Below are positions 41,060 to 55,103 of a DNA stretch of 64,000 nucleotides, in pieces (position 1 is the stretch's first letter; each line of letters starts with the position of its first letter). Below the pieces are notes generated by a model that was given only the letters and a program-made list of their open reading frames with translations, had not been told where the DNA came from and searched no databases. The stretch is from Paramecium tetraurelia. Its lineage: Eukaryota. The position numbers were made by a program, and so were the translations under genes. The DNA lies in NCBI GenBank assembly GCA_000165425.1, contig CT868352.1:186001-250000 (forward strand). The letters are read 5' to 3'.

Positions 41060-41913
41060 AATTAAATATATCAATTTTCAGATTTCTAATTAAAATTAAT
41101 ACATTCCTATTATAGATTCTTAATATGAAAGCAATTTACTATTTGATGATATAAAATTTCCTTTTTAATAAGAATTTTACACTATTAATCGTGATTTGAA
41201 TATTCATCATATCTCAGAATTAAGTGTTTTCTATATAATATACAGAACAGAACAGAACATTGTCAGTATTAGATTAGAATTATAAAACTAATTATTCATT
41301 GCAAATTAATATTTTAGTTGATTTTATCTTCTTTAGGAATTAGATGATTAGACTATATAATATCTATTAAGTAATAAATATTTAAGAATTAAGTAATAGT
41401 ATTAATCGAATACGTGAATCATTATACAAAAATTATTTTTTACTTAACTGGAATACCCTTTTTTATCCGTTAGACTTTTATTTATCAATTATTTAGGCAT
41501 TTCCAAGATAAATAGAGAAGCAGCATTTATTAATTTCCATAATCTATCAATTATTTCAAAAGAGCTCCTTTGCAACTTCCTTAATTTGGTCTATGTTTTA
41601 GTCTAAAGTAGATTGATTTATTATTTAATCAAGTTCTCCGATTAATATTTTTGCATAAAATAGCAGCCTATTAAATTATAGATGAGTAGGTAACTTGATG
41701 GTAAGTTTTTTTTGAAATCCTTGGAGATATATTTTTCACTATAAAAGCAAACCAGAACATTTTTGGTGGTCTTAGAATAATGTAGATATTTCTTGATGTA
41801 TCCACTCAGTGGGGTTGGATGGAAAAGATTTGGATTCGAATAATAATTTATACAGGCAAAGTTATTTAAAATAATATTAAGTGAATATAAAATTTATATA
41901 TATAATTACTGTT

Positions 41914-43545
41914 ATGAAAAGTTTAAATTATCGATTTCCTCATTCAAGATAGGATTCTGGTTAAATGAACTTAGCAAGATCTTAATTGGGATAAGCCTAG
42001 TAGGTGACGAATGTACTAAATAAGTAAGAAAGTGATGTGAATGTTAAGCCGACAGAATGAACAAAATGTTGATAGATCACCTGCTCCGATGGTACATGGT
42101 TTGCATAAGTTGGCAGTGCCTTCTAGTTAGCAATCATCTGCCAACCATTCAAAGAAATCATCGATCTCTAAATAGCAATAGCCGAAATAGATATCCTTTC
42201 TTAACTACTTGATTCTGAAGGATAAATCTCAAATAGTTTAAGATGAGGAGAAAGAAAGTTGGCTATTAAATATGAAATTAGATCTTACTGAGCCAGTAGT
42301 GTAAAAGAATATGTTCAACTTCCAATTTGTGATTGGAATAGGAGGATTCGGGAAGGTATGGAAGGTGGAGTACAAAAAGAACGGGTAGATCTATGCGATG
42401 AAGGAGATGTCAAAGGCACTGTATAGATTTCATCATATTGATTCAGTATTATAGCCAAAAAAAGTGTGAATTCCGTGATGAACGAGAGGAATATCTTGAG
42501 CAATCTTAAACATCCGTAAATAGTGCATTAAATATAGATTCTTAGTGAATATCTACTACGCATTTCAAGACAGAGAGAACCTATTCCTAGTGCTGGATTA
42601 CATGCAAGGAGGAGACTTGAGATATCATGTTGGGAAAATGAGAAGATTCACTGAAGATCAGACAAGTATGTAATTACAATATGCAGGGTTTTTCATGGCT
42701 TGCATCTTCTTAGGATTGGAATACATGCACTCCAAAAACAGTTTACATAGAGATATTAAACCAGAGAATTTAGTTCTTGATAAACATGGTAGAATTCAAA
42801 TCTATTTGTAGGTTACGTCAGAATAACGGACTTAGGAATTGCTCGAAATCTCAGGCCTGATAATTCATAAGATACATCAGGTACTCCTGGTTATATGGGT
42901 ATCTTCATAATCCTAAATTCCTAGCTCCGGAAGTTATGTGCAGATAAAATCATTCTTTCGCGGTTGATTACTTCGCTTTGGGAGTCATTGGATACGAGTT
43001 TATGTTGGGGAAGGTAATCATTAATTCTATTAATCAGCGACCATACACGGGGAGATCAAGAAAGGAAATTAGAGACTAGATCCTGGCTAAGCAAGTTCAA
43101 ATTAAAAGATCTGAAATTCCAGATAATTGGTCTCTAGAATCAGCTGATTTTATCAATAGAGTATTTGATTAAAACGAATAATAGTTGATACAAAGGAAAC
43201 CAGCCAATCGACTAGGATTTAATGGACCTCATGAATTAAGGTAGCATTCATGGTTTAAGAATTTTCCATGGTCAAAATTAATGAACAAAGAGTTAAAATC
43301 ACCTTACATTCCCAATGTATATATTCTATTTGAAGTTTGTTAGCAAAATGAAGATAATTTCGATGCTCGTTAGATATCTATGGAGGATGATGAAAATAAT
43401 GAATTAATATAATAACATTCAATCATGTTAAGAAGAAATTCGATTTAATGTAAATTATGTGTCTATCAATTTTTAAGCCTAATTTTCTGGATATGAGATG
43501 GATAATTTTAATGAGAAACAAAACACTTAGTTTAACAATTTTTGA
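41914..43545 (+). CDS. AGC-group Ser/Thr protein kinase
   Basis: IGIGGFGKVW, YAMKEM, HRDIKPEN, ITDLGIAR, SGTPGYMAPE, AGC tail EDNFD; many tiny introns. Confidence 0.92.
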
Positions 43546-43696
43546 TAGTTATTAAATCATTAATTTTAAGATTGCAAATTGCATTTCATTCTCTAATCTT
43601 ACGTGTCATTAATTTTAATTAGACATTTTGCATCATCCTAATCAAGGATAATTAACATATAGAATTGAATAATTTAAAAATAATTAATAAATACAT

Positions 43697-46600
43697 ATGT
43701 CATTAAGTTTGAGTGAATTGATCAATCAATCATTGGACAAAATCAAAAAGGCAATAACTAAAAAATAATTCGAGTTGAAATAAAGCATCGATGAAGCTTA
43801 ATGTAACATATTATTGCCTATTTAAAAGAGCTCAAAGAACATTTCGATGCTAATCATTTAATAACAGTGTATTAATAGTGCATTTAATCCAAACAAGTCA
43901 AACTGATTGAGTTGGCCTTATTCGACATTAAAGTATTAAATGGCCTAAGAATAGAATTTAGTAGAACAAGGGTTTTTCGCTGGGGAATAATTGATTGGAG
44001 AAAAAAGAGTGATTGAAGTAATCTTGGACATTGTAATCTAATGTCAATAAGAGAAGGAGGAAACAGTTCAAATTCACATGATAAAAGCCATATAAGCAAT
44101 TATGACTAATAGAAAGCACCATATATATGGGGAACTAATCACTAAGGTGTTTTCAATGCTCATCAATTTGCATGCAGGTAAATTGAGATATTCAATATAA
44201 TAGTCTCCAAAATAGTTGTGATTGTGAATGCAAGCAAGGAGGCATGTCAGAAGATAGTTAGCACTTACTTTTAAAGATTAGAGGATTATGGAATTTTAAA
44301 TGAGGAAGAATTCCAACAAGCTATTCAAAAACAAGGCAATCAAGGACAGCTGGTCTTAGGTAAATGTAGAGCCATGGTTAATGCCGAACAATATATGAGA
44401 TCCTTGATGACTTCTCTTATAGATGAAGTGCAGATCTATACTGAAAGGAAATCAGTATATGATAGACAAATAGAAGATTTAAATCAAATGAAAGTTATTA
44501 ATTTAGATCTTCATGAACCCAATTTAAGAAATGTAACAGTTGAAAAAAACTAGATCTAAGTTAGTGTCACCAACGAACAAAATATTAAAAATGGGAAATT
44601 TGGATGGTGTGTAGTGTGCAGAAACTCAGCATCACAATATTGTAAAGATACGAAAGTACCAATTTGTAGTAAAGAGTGTAAGTATATACATCTGAATTAA
44701 ATGAATAATTTCTCATAATGCTATCAACACTCAAACAACAGTGACCAATATTGCAAGGATGCCTTGGAAATCTTGGAATTGTTATGTTAACTTAGTCAAA
44801 GAGATAATACTAATCCTTAATTAAGTTAAATAATAATCAAGTGCAAGATCCTCTCTCTTGAATTGATCTATGAGGCCTTGGCTTAAAGTGATACAATCCT
44901 ATAAAACAAGCCAAAACTAATCTAAATTTTAAAAGAACAATTATTGGAATCTCTATTAAAGAATTCCCTATCTACAGAGAAACAATTACTCATATTGACA
45001 CTTAATATCTTCATTCAATTGATATGGAAAGTAAGAAGCCATCTCAAAAAGGAATTAGAAGCTTTGATTGAAAATGTTTATTTTAAGTTCTTGGATAGTA
45101 GCAACAGCTCCTTTGATCATAAGTAATACACTCTCAAAGTATTTAATAAAATCATGACCAAACCCAGAGTCGTCATTGAAATCTTTGTGAATTATGATTG
45201 TTCTTTAGGATAAAATAACCTCTTAAAAAAGATATTAGATATGCAATGTAGAATCATCTAAGGCAGATTCAGCAAACAAGAATTCTAAGCATCAATCACT
45301 CAAAATCAGGAAACCTATTTAAAATCCTTATGTCTGGATAATTATTATGGGTACATTAAATGTCTTAAGGAATTCTGCGAATAGAATGAGGACCAATAAA
45401 ATGTCATATAAGTTTAACAGCTTGAAGATCAAGAAGAAACAGCCATTCAATCATAGCTATTATCACAAGATCCCATAGAGAAATAAAAATAGATGAAATT
45501 AGAAATGAATAAAGCTGTTTAGAAATTCAATTTCAAACCTGAACATTGTATAAAACATTTGCTTGCTTGTTAATTTATGGAGACGAGAGATCCCAAATTG
45601 TTTGCATAATTCTTATGGGAAAATCGAGATTTAAACAAAGATAAATTAGGAGAATTATTTGGTTGTTCAAGTGAATTCAATTAATAAGTATTCCAATAGT
45701 ATATAGATTTTATGAACTTTAAGGATTTGCAAGTGGATGAAGGCTTAAGATATATGCTTGAATTCTTTACCTTGCCTGGAGAATCTTAATAAATAGATAG
45801 AATTATGGAAAAATTTGCTTCTAAGTATTGCATTGATAATCCTGGAATCTATTAATCAGCTCAAGCAGCTTATACACTATCTTATCTATTGATGATGTTA
45901 CAAACAGACTTACACAATGAAAGAAACTTAGAAAAAATGACAATTCCATAATTTGTTAATTTGGCAAAAGGAATCAATGATGGGGAAAACCTTCCATAAG
46001 ATTTATTGCTTGGATTTTATTAAAGAATCTAGAAAACCCCTCTTGCATTACATGCCAAAGAATAAGCTAAAAGATCTTTAGAGTAAGCAAATTAAGTGGA
46101 TTAACGAAAAAGACATGCCATGCTAGCCAAAGAAGCTGAAGAATCTTTAAAAAAGTGGTTCAAGGAACATCCGAATTAAGATGCTTATTTCTATGCCAAT
46201 TCAATTGAACATGTGAAATCTCTATTATAATAAACTTGGAGTGCTATTTTTGCTTCTATTAGTGTATTTTTAGAATAAACTGAAGATCAATAATAGATTT
46301 TATTATGTTTTGAGACCATCTAATCCTTTATATAATTGATGGGTAGATTTGATTTAGATGAAGAAAAAGATACATTTATCAGTTTTTTATAGAGATATTG
46401 TACAGGTATTCCAAACACTTATCGATAAATTTTGGGTGTTTAAGCCTTAATAAAAGCAGCTATTCATTCTGGCTAATATTTACGCAAGAGTTGGAAAGTT
46501 GCTTTGTAAATGGTTTCTAGATTAGAGACCTTGCATTAAGTTGTGAAGAAAATTAAGGTCGATTCACCTTAAAAGGAGAATTATAATTAGGAAGATATTT

Positions 46601-48648
46601 AAAATATCGAGAGATTGTTTTAATCCATTTCATACGATTAGATTGATAAGATATTCAATATGTCTATAAATTTAGATTCCAATTCAATCTTGGAATTTAT
46701 AAGAGCCTTATGTGAATTATCAAAAGAAGAAATCAAGCAAAATAGAACATTTTTGTTAAGCAGAATGATTGAAGTAGCAGATTTTAACATGGATAGAATT
46801 AAGATCATATGGTCAAGAATGTGGGAAATAATGAGGGAACATTTCCTGGAAGTAGGATGTCATAAGAATGTTGATTTAGCAATTTATGCAATTGATCAAT
46901 TGAAATAATTGAGTTGCAAATTCTTACAAGTAACCTGAACTAAGCAAATTATCATTTCTAGAAAGAGTTTTTGATGCCTTTTGAATAGATCTTCAGTCAC
47001 AGTCAAGCATAATCTCAATATAAAATATAATTAAGGGAATACTTGTTATCTTGCATGTGTATGATAACTAATGTTTGTTTTAATTCACTAAAAAGTGGGT
47101 TGGAAAATCATAATGAGTATTGTTAATTAAGCACTTCAAGAAGATTAATAATAGCTAATAAGATTGTGTGTACAAATTACAGATAAGATAATGGAGGATG
47201 TGAACAATCAATAGGTTAATCAAGAAATCTATATGGAACTAATTTAAGCATTAATTAAATTTGACCAAGAATAAAGATAATTAATATTGTTGAAAATGCA
47301 ATCAAATAATTGAAGACATTAGTTGATCACATAGCATTGATAAAAAGAAATGACAATAAATTTTTGGACTCATTATGGATTCCTGTATTATCATCATTGT
47401 CTATATTATACAGCGATGAGAGAGTGGCTGTTCAATAATTGAGTGTTCAAACACTCTTTGATTTGCTTTAAAAGCATGGAGTCTATTAATCAAATGAATT
47501 CTGGAAGATGATATTAAGAGGAGTCATCAGACCATTATTTGATGAAATCCAATTTTCTAAATTACAATATACCAAATAGTAATAATCCAAGAAATCTATA
47601 ACTTCAACATGCAAAATGACATTTTTATTGTTTACGGATTTAGTAATTTCTCAAATTTAATAAATGCAACCTTGTTTGAATGATCTAATAGACATTTATA
47701 TTCAATTGATTTTGCAAACTCAAGATGTAATCATTAATCTTATTAATATAGCATATATCCATTTTGTGTCTTTAATCACTTAAGAAGATGATCTAGAATG
47801 TAGGCCAATCATTGACTGAAGATAACTGGAATCTCTTGATCGAATAGATCCAACATTTATTGTCTTAATGTTCTCCTACTGAGTTGTTTGAGGCATTTAA
47901 TTTGGATGAAGACTTTTAAAAGCCTTTAGATGAACTATTAAAAGAGGAGATAAGACCAAAGAAGTTCAGTTTCAAAATAAATGCTTAAGAGTGTTCATCA
48001 AAATAATAGATCTAAGAAAAATGTTTGGAGATTTTAGAAGTTTAAGTAACATAATTCTAAAATCAAATTACTTCACAAAATAAACAATTGATATTGCAAT
48101 TATTTTAGGAATAATATTAAAAATGCAAAAGATTCAACACTAATATATATATGAGATACTTTTTAGAACAATGGGCAGTTTAATGGAATTTTGTTAAGAG
48201 AAGTTCATAGGAATTTGATGATTTAGAAAATAATAACACAACCCAAAGTAAACAATTGAGCTTCATCAATGTGGAGTTTCTGGCAGCCAAAGTCATTGTT
48301 TAACTTAGTAATGACCCCTTAGCTTTTATCGAATAATTGATACAAAGATTTCTTGATGCCTATAATGGGTTTTCTTAGCCTTTGCATAGATAAGATAGCT
48401 TAAATGGTAATTTAGAGCAATTAAGACATCTTGAATCTTAGATTGTCATCAGTAGATTACAATTATTGTTTATGGAAACTGTATTCCCGTAATTAAAATA
48501 GAATTTGAAATCAAAGGTTGTTAGTAAATGGCTGATTTAATTACTAAAAGCTGGGTTGAATGTGTCAGGAGTTGAAAATAAAGAATATAATAAAGTTTTG
48601 GTGAATTTATTGGAGGAAATTATAAATTGTGAGAATAATGTATTTTGA
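43697..48648 (+). CDS. BIG/Sec7-family ARF guanine-nucleotide exchange factor (frame disrupted at 46930-47280 as given)
   Basis: EIFVNYDCSL (HUS box), FTLPGESQQIDRIMEKFA (Sec7 glutamic finger), LSYLLMMLQTDLHN, ADFNMDRIKIIWSRMW. Confidence 0.92.
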
Positions 48649-48684
48649 ATCTAATATATCTAATTTATTGTTATTATTAAAATG

Positions 48685-49582
48685 TCATTTTTTCATAAAA
48701 AATGAACTCAAACTTTTGATTAAGCCACTTTGTTATTCTTATTATGCTGGTTAGGTTTCTTATTTCCTAGTTTGTTATTATTAAGAATGAAGATATCTAC
48801 GAAAATTATCCATAATCATATTACTTAATTGCTCTCAATATTTATTTAAACTCCGAGGATTAATAAACTTCTGTTATCTTTTAATTTGATTATTTGTATG
48901 TTAACTAAAAATGATCCTCTTTTGTTCTATCAGGCACCAAATCTGTGATGTCTTAAACATTGATACTCACTCTATCTTTTGTATTTTCTATCTCTATTAC
49001 GAATTATTCGAATATATTCCTTCGAATAATGATCTATGCATATGCTCATGACTCAATACCAAACAAGGAAGATTCATTAGACCAATCTTCTAAACTCGAT
49101 ACTGCTGTATTTGATCGCCAACAGGTTTTGTGGGAACAGGTGTTGGCGCTGCTGGCTAAGGAGCCGGCTTACTTTATTCTTGTATCAGGGTCTATTGCAA
49201 TTCTTTGTAGTCATTCTATAATTGCCTATACATTTTTTCTTTTTAGCTCAATTCCAATTCTTTTTATAGAATTTTTTGGTCATAAGCATCAATTTAATGT
49301 TTTAATGTTTTCCTTAATTGTTCTTTCTCTCTTTGGAAATAAATTGAAATTGTACTCATTGAGTTTCTTCACTTGGACAGTCAAATCCTAAAGATCCCTT
49401 TTGCTTTGGTCTCTACTAATATTACCTCTTGGTGTTGATTATTTGAATGTGGTGAAAAAGCTGCTTTAATCATTAACTCTAGAATATTCATTTCTTTAAG
49501 ATTCTCTGTTATTCAATTATGCTTATAACGACTTAATTTATTCTATGAGTAGCTGATTTTCTTTTTGCAGTTCATTTTCCAT
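48685..49582 (-). CDS. Hypothetical coiled-coil protein
   Basis: MENELQKENQLLIE..; probable short intron near 48890; ends SLSSFFMKK-TGA. Confidence 0.6.
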
Positions 49583-50439
49583 TTTATTAATTTTTATATC
49601 AAAAATGTTTAATTATGTCTTCAAAATCAAAGCTCTTAGAATTCAAATGCAAATTTAAAAACCCTCACTAATTATAACCATATACTAAACGAATTCTTCG
49701 AAATACTATTACAAGCATTTGAATAATTCACTTATCAAATATCTGAATTGACGTATACTCCATTACTCAAAATTTTAAGATGAGTTAATATTTTTAAAAA
49801 GACTTAATTTTCTTTAAATATGATAGAAATCAATGAAATCTGCATTTAGTATTAATAACTGCAAATAAAAAGTATAGGATAAAAAGAAAGAGCATTAATC
49901 TTAATATTACCTTTTATTAATTTCTCATTTTATTAGATTATATTATTTTCCGTTTGTCAAAACAGTAAAGTTTCAAGATGTCAAGCTGACTTATTCAATA
50001 TATTGATCTTTTTAATAATAATTATTCTATTATAAATTAATAATAATATAAAAGTGCCAAGGGTCATTTTAGTTATTATCATACATATAAGCCTATTAAT
50101 ATATATATTATTATTTCAGTATGTGATTAAATTACTTTAGAAGTATAAATTATTGCTCTGTTATTTTATTTCAACTTATACTGTAAATAATTTTGTTTAA
50201 ATCTAAACAATAAATTTGAATGACTTCATGTGTTATACATATTTATCTTAAATAAATATAATTTATTTCATAAATATTATAATAAATTTGGCAATTTCAA
50301 ATTGAATCATAAAATTCTTAATTTTAGATTAACAATATTTTTATTGCAATGTTGATTATATTTAATTTCATCTTATGTTAGATCTTACTCATATAAAAGA
50401 ATTTTGATTGTGTTTTAATAAATTATATATGTTTTTAAT

Positions 50440-51483
50440 TCATTATTAAGAATTGTTACCAGAAAAGCCAGGAAATTTGTTATCTGAATTGGATCCATCA
50501 CTTGGAGATCCAAATTGTTCTTATTAAGTAAATTCCTAAATGTTATGAAAAGATAAATTACAGTATCGAAATTGCTAACGTCTTCAGGTCCATGAATTAC
50601 AGGCAAGAAGGGAGGTATGACCTTATATGTTAAATAAGATTGCCAATCTTCGACATTTTTAAAGAATGCAAATGATTTAACTTCCATTAAGGAGGGTCTT
50701 TGTTTTGGGTCCTTCTACAATAGACTCACAATCAGATCTTTGAGTTCATTGGATATGGGGAAGTTGTACTCAGGTTGTTTTGTTTTAATCAACTTAATCA
50801 ATTGATCTCTCTATTCTGAGATGAAAGGAGGGCATTCAGCAATCATTTCGTATAGTAAACATCCCAAGGACCAACAATCTACTTTATAATCGTATCCATC
50901 GCCATTTTAAGTAAGTATTTCAGGAGCTAGATATTCAGGTGTTCCAACTATAGAGTCTGCCTTTTCTTAAAGCAAGATTTTGGAAAGTCCGAAATCGGTT
51001 AACTTGATATATCCTTTTTCGTCTATGAGTACATTCTCAGGTTTTAAGCTAAACATAAAATTCCATATTTACTCTCTATAAATAATTTTTTAAGTATGTA
51101 GAAATTACAATGCATGAATTATTAAAATTGCATAGAATTATATTTATTCTTCCTTTAACCTTCTTTTTACTCTTAACAAACTGAATAAATCGCCGCCAGC
51201 ACAGTATTCCAAAACAAAATAGAAATGTTTGTCAGATTAAAACGTATATGAGAGGGAAACAATAAACTAATGTTTGGCTTAGTTTAAAATAGTTTTTTCC
51301 ATCATTACATGTTACTAACTCTAACATATGATTAAATACAGCTTATTTCTTCTTATCAATTTCTTTTTTTTTCAATGTTTTTATAGCATATACTTTGTTG
51401 GTATCCTTCTTTTTAGCTAAAAATACTTATCCGTATGCTCCTTTGCCAATTAAACGAAGCATAGAGAATTGCTTTATATCCAT
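50440..51483 (-). CDS. AGC kinase (PKB/SGK/S6K-like)
   Basis: [54 protein letters not shown] hydrophobic motif. Confidence 0.93.
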
Positions 51484-51845
51484 TTTTATCATTTTTAGGA
51501 ATTATTTAATAATAATTCGTTTAAATAGTTATCCTACATTATGAATGGAAGAAATCCATATTAGAAATTGCATTGAGGAACACAAGGATGCATAGATATC
51601 TTTTTAATAGGATATTGCATTTGAATAAATTAAACATAAACATTTTAATTATTTACACAGCTATTGCATATTTAAATTGTTCTGATTGATATTTTGGAGT
51701 TCTAAATTTGTGTTTAGACTAAAAAAAACAACTAATTTAAAAAAATAATTTGTTATTTCAGTTTTTTTTAGTTTTCAAGTTCATAAAACAGAAAGAGCTA
51801 TTTTTATAAATATTGTTATAAAATAGTTTAGAAACACAATTAAAT

Positions 51846-53081
51846 ATGGAGAATTAGATAGTAATTTTGTTTGAGTAATTAAATAGATCGATGATACAGA
51901 GAGAGATTAAATTATTAAATAATTGAAACTTGTTTAAGGAAACGATGTAAAAAATTCATTTTCAACAATTTTTAGAAATGCATTGATTGTGGAAAAAAAA
52001 ATACCAAATGGGCATCTGTCACTTTGGGTTTATTTTTATGTATTGATTGTTCTGGTAAACATCGAGAATACGGTGTTCGTTACACATTTGCAAGGTTGAA
52101 ATTTCATTTAAGTTTAGATCTCTTACTTTGGATTCTTGGTCTAGAAAATAAATTACATTCCTATAAGTAGGAGGCAATGAGAAAGCCTTGGAATATTTTT
52201 AAAGTGTTGGCTTGATTGGTCCTGGATGCAGTCAAATTGATTACAAAAGTCCTTTGGTTGAAAAATACAAATAGGAACTTCTTAAATAAGTACTCTGATT
52301 AAGTGGATTAGCCTTGTGTGAAGAAAAGTTGAACATCATTCGTCCATCGCTTATCCCAAGTCCTGTAAAAATTGCTCAAACCTCAGAAAAGCCAACTTAA
52401 AACAAAGAAGAAGAATCCCCAGTTAAGGAATAACCTAAATAAGTGTTTTAAAACAATCTGCTATAAGAAGAAGCAGCTGTTACAAAGAAAAGCAATAAAA
52501 TCGTGTTTGCAGATAATGCTAAACCCTAAGCTGCAACTAGCAAAGCAGTTTAAGGTAAGAAATTAGCTGACGTGGACTTTGATTCATTATAATTTGATGA
52601 TCCATTTTCAAACCCATTCAGTAATGACCCATTCAAGTCTGACTCCAGTAAACCAGAGTTGCCTTAACAAGAAGAGCCAAAAGTGATCATTAAACAAACT
52701 CAATAACTCACTTAGCCAATTCCACAAACCAATGAGACTTTAGAAAAATTGAAAGACAAGAATGTTAAATCAATTTCATCCGAGACTTTATTCTAAGCTT
52801 AAGATAGGTATTTAAAATAAATATCATCATTAGTGAATAAAATAAACAGAATATTTATAAATTTAATGGATAAACTGCTATTTCTAGTAAATAATTTTTT
52901 GGAGAAAAAGAGGAGGATTCTGAAGACTCATCATAAAGTAACCTTATTTCATATTTTAGAAATGGATTAATTTAAGAATATGTTTAATTTTGCAACTGAA
53001 AAAACTTTGGAAACATTTGGCACTGTTAAAGAAAGAGCAGGAGGTATTTGGGAAAATTTAAAAACAAGATTCAATAAATGA
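51846..53081 (+). CDS. ArfGAP (Glo3/ArfGAP2/3-like)
   Basis: [50 protein letters not shown] / TAISSKQFFG Glo3-like motifs. Confidence 0.92.
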
Positions 53082-53519
53082 TGATATCACATCAATCAAT
53101 ATTCATATCTTAATATATTAATAATCATTCATAATTGAATGAGAAGTTTAATTATAATTCTTTTGTTATAATTCCAGTGTTTGGTCTTTAAACTTTAATT
53201 TACTTATCTTATAAACTACTGAAAACTCATTATTAACTTGATAGATACTATTATAAACCTTGTCCTCTTTCAATACTATTATAAACATGGATGATTCTAA
53301 AAAAATTGATAAAAATTATTTATAATAATAAAGCATATTTTTTGGAGGTTTATTTAATCAACTTTTTTATCTTTTAATTATATATCTAAAGTCAAAGTCA
53401 ATTTCTTTTAAGGATCTTACCTGATTCATGATATGTTAAACATAGCTGAGTGAGAATTGTAATTAAAATTCAAATTAATTTATAATATATCAATGAATCG
53501 ATTATTCTGTAAATTAATA

Positions 53520-55103
53520 TCATAATAAGGAAGTCCAAATTGATTTATCATCACTTTTATTATTGATTGGGAAAATTTTATCTATAGTTAATTTAAAAGC
53601 TCCATCTAATTCGGCAAAAGTATGAATTGGATTTGCATTTATTCCTATTAAATGAATTTTCTTAGTGTCATCAAGTAAATAATCGAAACCAAAAATTTAC
53701 ATACAGTATTTCCTCTACCTTCTATTTAATTTACAAGGAAGCAAAGAAATTGAAGACTTGATTTAATTCAATAGATCTTTCAAGGTTATTCCCTATGAAC
53801 TCAAGAATTCAACTAAATTTTGATGAGAAATGGTTTATTTTGGTTTAGTGTGAGCAAAAGGATCTAACTAATTATTTTAATTAAATAGGATACCGAATTG
53901 AGATCGTAATTAACCGAACAACATCTTCCCGTTGGTTCTGTTGAAATATAAATTTAATTCTCTTAATTAACCAATACATTAATTTAAATATCAAACTTCT
54001 TACCATTATATAATAGAGGATTTGTAATATACTATTAAACCACAAATTCTTTTTAGTCTTTGTATTATTGATTCAAAAATGTTTATAATTAATCAATGCC
54101 ATCTATAAGCATTGCTCCAGAGCCTACAGATGATTTACAAATCCAAAATTTAGGAATATCTTGAATTAGCCTTGAAATTTGTTTATTATATGTATAACCT
54201 CCTTTATTAGGTACATAAACAGAAAATGGAAATTTCTATAGTTTGTCTTTTTGAGGAAAATTGGCAATTAAATAATCCTAAAGAAAATCTAGATCTTCAA
54301 CCCATTAGGATATTTTAAAATTTAACACAAATCCTGGTGGTAGGACCTTTAATGCTTGTTCTGGTGAGATGGAGCAAAGATTGTTGTATAATTAAGATTT
54401 AGCTGACCATTCATGCTGAAATTCCATTAAATTAACCATTTATCTCTTGGAAACAGCATCCTATTTTGTAAGACAACTAAAATCCAGGAGTTAAGTAAGC
54501 CATTGCAAATGGGCAAAAGAACTATTAGGTACCTCGAACCATTATTAGCGAGTACTTAGAACTTATCTAAGGAGTGGGTCATTTACTTACATTGTATAAT
54601 TATACTATCTTAATAAGGGTATAATTTACTCTGAATTGGATGGGTTTGAGTTCTTTTGGAGGTGAAACATTGACAGGTTGAAGGGATGGAATTTCAAATC
54701 TTTCATTTCTTTTCAAGGGAGTATAATTCTTATCAAAATATTTAGAGGGTGTTCTATTGCGTTGTTACTCAGGAGATGGGTGTTATGATAATTTTTTTTG
54801 TGATTGTTGCAAATAAAATTATTTAGCCTTAACTCTATTGTATTACATAATAAGTGCCTCATCATAAGCTTGGATTGGTCTAGAATCGTAGTAAGGTTCC
54901 TCTCTTTTTTTTAAGTATGCTATCCTCTTCCTTTGATCTTTCAAATATTCTTCAATATTTTATGCATAGATGTCCAAACTCTTAACTACATTAGGTTTGT
55001 GTTTAAGCAATTTTTCCAAAGATTGCTTTTGCTTTTCATCCTTTTTGCAAAGTACTTAAAGATTAGGATATGAGTTTAATGATTTTGTTTATTCTTAAAG
55101 CAT
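53520..55103 (-). CDS. TTLL-family protein, degenerate catalytic motif
   Basis: FWICKSS, VVQQYITNPLLYNG, CMQIFGFDYLLDDTKKIHLIGINANP; TGA 53520-53522. Confidence 0.8.

Noticed and set aside
53125..53500. Extension of the TTLL gene or a small extra gene
   Set aside because: The TTLL frame stops at TGA 53520; the remainder gives no convincing ORF or motif
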